Shown: piece by piece, positions 59,263-64,000 of the stretch
Numbering within the stretch: position 1 is the stretch's first letter
Layout of the letters: every line of letters begins with the position of its first letter
Assembly: GCA_965213705.1 (NCBI GenBank)
Contig: OZ243913.1
Location: 2,848,001 to 2,912,000 of the forward strand
Origin: Trueperaceae bacterium
GTDB taxonomy: Bacteria > Deinococcota > Deinococci > Deinococcales > Trueperaceae
Length of the DNA: 64,000 nt
Direction of reading: 5' to 3'
Position numbers and translations under genes: made by a program
The notes under the pieces: model-generated
The model's database searches: none
Told to the model about the DNA's origin: nothing
Seen by the model: the letters and a program-made list of their open reading frames with translations, nothing else

Positions 59263-59955
59263 TCACTGGTAGCTGATGCGCTTGAAAAGACTGGCGGTGA
59301 GGGCGGTCATGTGCTCCTCCATAGCGGCTTTGGCCGCGTCGGGGTCGCGTTCGATGATAGCGTTGGCAACCTGTGCATGTTCCTGCGTGCAGGCGACGAG
59401 CCGCGTAGCGTCGGTTTTGGTGTCGATGTTCGCCAAGTTATGCACCCGGTTTCTGAGTTGGACGACGGTTTCGCCGAGCAGCGGGTTGGGACAGGCAGCT
59501 TTGATGACCTCGTGGTAAACGGCGTCGGCTTTTGCCCAAGCCGCGAGGTCGTGCCGCGCCGCCGCCTCTTCCATTTTTGCCAGCGTAGCTTGTAGGGTTT
59601 CTGCCTGCTCTTCGCTTATCGCCTTGGCCGCCAAGCGGACGAGTTCGGGCTCGAGCAAGGAACGGATATGCACCACGTCGAGCACGTCTTGGATGGTCGA
59701 AGTCGCCACGGTAACCGCCTGACCCGGTGCGGACTCGGCGAGACCTTCTTGCACGAGTTTTTGCAACGCTTCGCGCACCGGCGTCCGGCTGATGCCCAAC
59801 AGTTTAGACAGCCTCGTTTCGGTCAAGGGCTCGCCGGGCTCGAGTTGGGCGTGCCGAATCGCCTCCTTGATGCGCGCGTAGGCGACCTCGCGGCGCGTGG
59901 CCGTTTTGGGAAAGCGGCCGACTTGGTCTGAAAAAAAAGTTTCCAACTTGTCCAT
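59263..59955 (-). CDS. GntR (FadR/FCD subfamily) transcriptional regulator
   Basis: LGISRTPVREALQKL, FCD domain EHAQV; start ATG 59955. Confidence 0.9.
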   Translation of the reverse strand: MDKLETFFSDQVGRFPKTATRREVAYARIKEAIRHAQLEPGEPLTETRLSKLLGISRTPVREALQKLVQEGLAESAPGQAVTVATSTIQDVLDVVHIRSLLEPELVRLAAKAISEEQAETLQATLAKMEEAAARHDLAAWAKADAVYHEVIKAACPNPLLGETVVQLRNRVHNLANIDTKTDATRLVACTQEHAQVANAIIERDPDAAKAAMEEHMTALTASLFKRISYQ

Positions 59956-60076
59956 AGCGTTACCCAGCCACCTAACTCCTCTACGCTCCAATCGAGCCGA
60001 CCAGGCTCGCACCCTCAGACCGACCTTCGCCCGACGTGTCAAGTAGGTCGAGAACAGTATGCGAGTTGGATTCAAC

Positions 60077-60263
60077 CTGTATACAGCATCAAAATAAGCC
60101 TTCCAGTTCAGCCTTGTCAAGGCACGATTGGGGAGCGTACGTCTCTCGCGCCTCAGCTATCAAAACTCGCTCGTACCTGCCTAGGTTAAGGAAAGGTCTG
60201 TTGACACACCCTCAGCGGACTCGTATAATTGTCGCAGCAATTACAGTATTCAGCTTGTATACA
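60077..60263 (+). promoter_or_regulatory. Consensus sigma70 promoter for the ABC operon with two TGTATACA palindromes (probable GntR operators)
   Basis: TTGACA 60201-60206, 17 bp, TATAAT 60224-60229; CTGTATACAG 60077-60086; TGTATACA 60256-60263. Confidence 0.75.
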
Positions 60264-60392
60264 GGGTTGGCCTACGGCTGTAGTTGTCGGTCACCACAGC
60301 GATAAGCGAAGGAGGTAAAAGGTTCAGCTTTGCTGACGCTTCACGTCTTGTTTTCCGTCCCGTTCTCAACACTTTTCAGGAGGTCATACAGC

Positions 60393-61703
60393 ATGAAAAA
60401 ATACTTACTCAGCACTTGGTTGGTCGTTACCCTGTTCAGCCTCGCCACCGCCCAGGTCGACGAACTCACTATCTGGTGGGCCGAGTGGGACCCGGCGAAT
60501 TACTTGCAGCAACTCGTCAACGAGTACACCGAAGAAACCGGGGTCGCGGTCAACGTGGTGCAGGAACCCTGGGGCAGCTACTACGACCGCGTCGCCGCCG
60601 AGTGGGCCGCGCAGGGCGACTCGTTCGACCTCGTCGTGGGCGACAGCCAGTGGCTCGGGCAGGGGGTCGAAGAGGGTCACTACGTCGACATGACCGACTT
60701 TTTGACGAGCACCGGCATTGCCGACACGGTCACTGAAGCCACGCTGACCTACTACAGCGAATACCCTATCGGCAGCGGCAACTACTACGCCTTTCCCACC
60801 GAGGGCGACGCCAACGGCTTCGCCTATCGCCAAGACCTGTTCGAAGACCCGGAAGAGATGGCCGCGTTCGAAGAACAGTATGGCTATCCGCTGGCAGTAC
60901 CGGAAACCTGGGCGCAACTGCGCGACATCGCCGAGTTTTTCTACCGGCCCGACGAAGGGCTTTACGGCGTCGGCGTCTACACCCAAGTCGACTACGACGC
61001 GATTACGATGGGCTTTGAAAACGTCCTGTTCAGCTACGGCGCGGACTGGAAAAATGAAGACAACGAAGTGCTGGACGTCATCAACTCGCCCGAAGCGGTC
61101 GCGGCCCTGGAACTCTACAAGGAGCTTTACAGCTTCGCGCCGCCCGGCTCCAACAACGCTTTTTTCGCTGAGATGAACGACCTCTACATCAACGGGCAAG
61201 TGGCGATGGTGATGAACTACTTCGCTTTCTTCCCGGCGCTGGACAACAGTGAAATCAACCCCTACCGCGACGTGACCGGCTACTTCGCCATGCCCGAGGG
61301 GCCGACCGGTGAGCGCTTTGCGGCGCTGGGCGGCCAGGGCACGAGCGTCAACGCCTACATCAGCGACGAGCGCAAGCAAGCGGCGCTGGACTTTTTGGCG
61401 TGGTTCGCGCAACCCGAGGTACAAGCGCGTTGGGCCGAATTGGGCGGCTACACCAACAACAAAGAAGTGCTGCAGTCCGAGGCGTTTTTGAACCAAACCC
61501 CTTACAACGAAGCCTTTGCCCAGAGCATGACCTTTGTCAAAGACTTCTGGAACATCCCGCAGTTCGGGCAGTTGCTCGAGCCCGCCCAACGCTACTTGCA
61601 CAGCTACATCGTCGGCAACGAGGGCACGGCTGAGGAAGCCTTGAACGGTATGGCCTTCGAGCAGGACGAAGTCCTCATCGACAGCGGCGTCATCGACGAG
61701 TAG
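60393..61703 (+). CDS. Sugar/polyol ABC transporter substrate-binding protein
   Basis: Signal peptide ending ATA; AYRQDLF, VPETWAQL, ALGGQG; AGGAGG RBS. Confidence 0.9.
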   Translation: MKKYLLSTWLVVTLFSLATAQVDELTIWWAEWDPANYLQQLVNEYTEETGVAVNVVQEPWGSYYDRVAAEWAAQGDSFDLVVGDSQWLGQGVEEGHYVDMTDFLTSTGIADTVTEATLTYYSEYPIGSGNYYAFPTEGDANGFAYRQDLFEDPEEMAAFEEQYGYPLAVPETWAQLRDIAEFFYRPDEGLYGVGVYTQVDYDAITMGFENVLFSYGADWKNEDNEVLDVINSPEAVAALELYKELYSFAPPGSNNAFFAEMNDLYINGQVAMVMNYFAFFPALDNSEINPYRDVTGYFAMPEGPTGERFAALGGQGTSVNAYISDERKQAALDFLAWFAQPEVQARWAELGGYTNNKEVLQSEAFLNQTPYNEAFAQSMTFVKDFWNIPQFGQLLEPAQRYLHSYIVGNEGTAEEALNGMAFEQDEVLIDSGVIDE

Positions 61704-61715
61704 ACCGTCATGATT

Positions 61716-61748
61716 TGAGAGATAGGGTTTGGTAAACCCTATCTCTCA
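61716..61748. terminator. Intra-operon hairpin after the binding-protein gene (mRNA stabiliser or partial terminator)
   Basis: TGAGAGATAGGGTTT-GGT-AAACCCTATCTCTCA. Confidence 0.65.
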
Positions 61749-61815
61749 TGTTCAATCTTCGTCCCGACAACAAAGTCCTATCCCACAACGCAGCCCCAGC
61801 CAACAACGGAGTCCC

Positions 61816-62742
61816 ATGAGCCTGACAGCCTCGAGCACGACCCCTACCAAACCCAAAACACGCCGCCAGTTGAGCGACCGCTCGATTATGCTCCTGTTCA
61901 TCTTGCCGACCATGATTATTCTCGTGCTGATGAACGTGTATCCTCTCTTTTACAGCCTTTATTTGAGCTTTACCGAGTATTCGGTGATCTCCGCGACGCC
62001 GCCCAAGTGGGTGGGGCTCGAGAACTACACGACGATTTTGAACGACGCAAGATTCTGGAAACACTTCGCCATCACCGGGGAATACGCGGTGCTGTCGGTG
62101 GGTTTGCAGATGATTGTGGGCTTCGGGCTGGCGCTGCTCATCAAAGACAAGTTTTTCGGCAGCGGCATCGTCACCACGCTCATTCTCGTGCCGATGATGC
62201 TCTCGCCTATCGTCGTCGGCGTGTTTTGGCGCTTGATGTTCAACCCGTCCTACGGGATTTTCAACTACCTGCTCGGCTACACCAACATCAACACCGCGCC
62301 GCAGTGGCTGGCGAGTCCGACGCTCGCCCTGCTCGCCATCGTCATCGTGGACGTGTGGATGTGGAGTCCGTTCGTGATGCTGTTGTCGCTGGCGGGCTTG
62401 AGCGCCATTCCCAATTATCTTTATGAAGCGGCGGCCATCGACCGGGCGGGGCCGTGGTTCGTGTTTCGGCGTATCACGCTGCCGCAAGTGATGCCGCTGC
62501 TCTTAATCGCCGTGCTGTTTCGCACCATCGAGGCGTTGAAGCAGTTCGACCTCGTCATGGGCATTACCGGGGGCGGTCCCGGCGACGCGACCGAAACGAT
62601 TTCGGTGCGGCTGTACCGCGAAGCGTTTCAGGGACAGTTCGACACCGGGCTCTCGAGCGCGCTGGCCTACGTCGTTTTAATCGTCATCGTCGCGGTCAGC
62701 AACCTCTATATCCGGCAGCTCAACAAAGCGAGGGAAGCCTGA
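61816..62742 (+). CDS. Carbohydrate ABC transporter permease
   Basis: DVWMWSPF, LYEAAAIDRA, TGGGPG. Confidence 0.92.
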   Translation: MSLTASSTTPTKPKTRRQLSDRSIMLLFILPTMIILVLMNVYPLFYSLYLSFTEYSVISATPPKWVGLENYTTILNDARFWKHFAITGEYAVLSVGLQMIVGFGLALLIKDKFFGSGIVTTLILVPMMLSPIVVGVFWRLMFNPSYGIFNYLLGYTNINTAPQWLASPTLALLAIVIVDVWMWSPFVMLLSLAGLSAIPNYLYEAAAIDRAGPWFVFRRITLPQVMPLLLIAVLFRTIEALKQFDLVMGITGGGPGDATETISVRLYREAFQGQFDTGLSSALAYVVLIVIVAVSNLYIRQLNKAREA

Positions 62743-63737
62743 TGGTGAGGAGCCCCGCAGCCCCCAAAACGCCGGTCACGGTTTCGACCAGGGTCGACAA
62801 AGTCGGCGCGCGGCCCCGAACGCTACGCGCTATCCGCGCGACCTTCGCCGTCGTCGCCATGCTGATTATGCTGCTACCCGCCGTGTGGATGGGGATGACC
62901 GCGTTCAAGTCGCGCCCGGACGCGGTTTCGGTGCCGCCGAAAGTGTTTTTCGAACCGACCCTGGAGGGCTTCGTCAGCTTGCTCACGCAGCGCCGACAGT
63001 TGACCGGCGGGGAACTAGAGACCTACAAAGCTCGAGACGACCTCAACTGGGCCGACAAGCTCGCGCTCAAACGCGGCCAGGCGATTATCGGCTACAGCGA
63101 CTTTTTGAAGTTTTTGGGCAACTCCTTCATCATCTCGACGGTGTCAACTTTTTTCTCCATCTTTTTCGGCGTCCTCACCGCTTACGCGTTCAGCCGCTTC
63201 AAGGTGCGGGGTGAGAACGACCTGATGTTTTTTATCTTGAGTACCCGGATGCTGCCGCCCGTGGTCGTGACCATCCCCATCTTTTTGATGTACCGCGCGC
63301 TCGGTCTGTACGACACGCACCTCGGGATGATTTTGCTGTACACGGCTTTCAATTTATCGTTCGCGGTGTGGCTTTTGAAAGGCTTTATCGACGAGATTCC
63401 CAGGGAGTACGAAGAAGCCGCGCTCGTCGACGGCTACACGCGGCTGCAAGCCTTTCGCAAAATCGTCTTGCCGCAGTCCATGACCGGCATCGCGGCGACG
63501 ACCGTGTTTTCGTTCATCTTCGCCTGGAACGAGTACGCTTTCGCGCTGATGTTGACGAGCAGCGTCGCCCGAACTGCGCCGCCGAGCTTGCCGTCGCGCA
63601 TCGGCACGGGCGGGGTCGAGTGGGCGGCGATTGCGGCGGGGTCGCTGGCGTTTTTGATTCCCGTAGTGATTCTGACCTTCGCTTTACGCAAGCACCTCCT
63701 CCGCGGCGTCACTTTCGGCGCGATTCGGAAAGGTTGA
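62742..63737 (+). CDS. Carbohydrate ABC transporter permease
   Basis: IPREYEEAALVDG, AWNEY, LLRGVTFGAI; TGATG overlap. Confidence 0.92.
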   Translation: MVRSPAAPKTPVTVSTRVDKVGARPRTLRAIRATFAVVAMLIMLLPAVWMGMTAFKSRPDAVSVPPKVFFEPTLEGFVSLLTQRRQLTGGELETYKARDDLNWADKLALKRGQAIIGYSDFLKFLGNSFIISTVSTFFSIFFGVLTAYAFSRFKVRGENDLMFFILSTRMLPPVVVTIPIFLMYRALGLYDTHLGMILLYTAFNLSFAVWLLKGFIDEIPREYEEAALVDGYTRLQAFRKIVLPQSMTGIAATTVFSFIFAWNEYAFALMLTSSVARTAPPSLPSRIGTGGVEWAAIAAGSLAFLIPVVILTFALRKHLLRGVTFGAIRKG

Positions 63738-63740
63738 GGC

Positions 63741-64000
63741 GTGGCGACGATTCGCTTGCAGGGGGTCGAAAAGCGTTTCGACGACGCTTACGCGGTCAAA
63801 CCACTCGATTTGACGATTAACGACGGCGAGTTCGTGGTGCTCCTCGGCCCCTCGGGTTGCGGCAAGACGACGACGCTGCGGATGATTTCGGGTTTGGAGG
63901 CCGTCAGCGGCGGCGTCATCACCTTCGACGGCGAGGACGTGACCTGGAACTCGCCGAGCGACCGGGACATCGCTTTCGTGTTTCAGTTTTTCGCGCTGTA
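63741..64000 (+). CDS. ABC transporter ATP-binding protein (MalK-like), truncated by window end
   Basis: My translation: MATIRLQGVEKRF...LLGPSGCGKTTTLRMISGLE...RDIAFVFQFFAL. Confidence 0.92.
   Translation, partial: MATIRLQGVEKRFDDAYAVKPLDLTINDGEFVVLLGPSGCGKTTTLRMISGLEAVSGGVITFDGEDVTWNSPSDRDIAFVFQFFAL

Overview
GC-rich bacterial chromosomal segment. A Deinococcota (Truepera/Meiothermus-like) origin is inferred from gene content, SLH proteins and very frequent CTCGAG. Housekeeping genes: rpsO-pnp-rnj, leuS, amn, lysJ/argD, sodA, nfi, purB/purC/purS and ppc. No rRNA, tRNA, CRISPR array or intact IS was recognised. Most notable: (1) an AT-rich cassette at about 25.4-28.9 kb with a 32-aa signal-peptide-like precursor ending in AMA|GAGSTR, divergent from a TPR + C-terminal SARP-type winged-helix regulator and upstream of a membrane HD-GYP phosphodiesterase. 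This is a candidate undescribed RRNPP-like peptide signalling system. (2) A 29-41 kb cluster that looks like hybrid sulfoquinovose glycolysis (fucose-isomerase-like protein, YihV-like kinase, LacD/YihT aldolase, two Gfo/Idh/MocA proteins, ABC importer) beside CuyA/CuyB/SlcC-like desulfonation genes. (3) A Leu-codon leader peptide with a terminator upstream of leuS. (4) Two low-GC candidate defence genes (PLD-helicase, EVE-nuclease) and toxin-antitoxin remnants. (5) An XRE-controlled array of four paralogous membrane proteins. (6) An uncharacterised GntR-controlled catabolic cluster at 53-64 kb. All functional calls come from motifs read by eye; no database searches were run.
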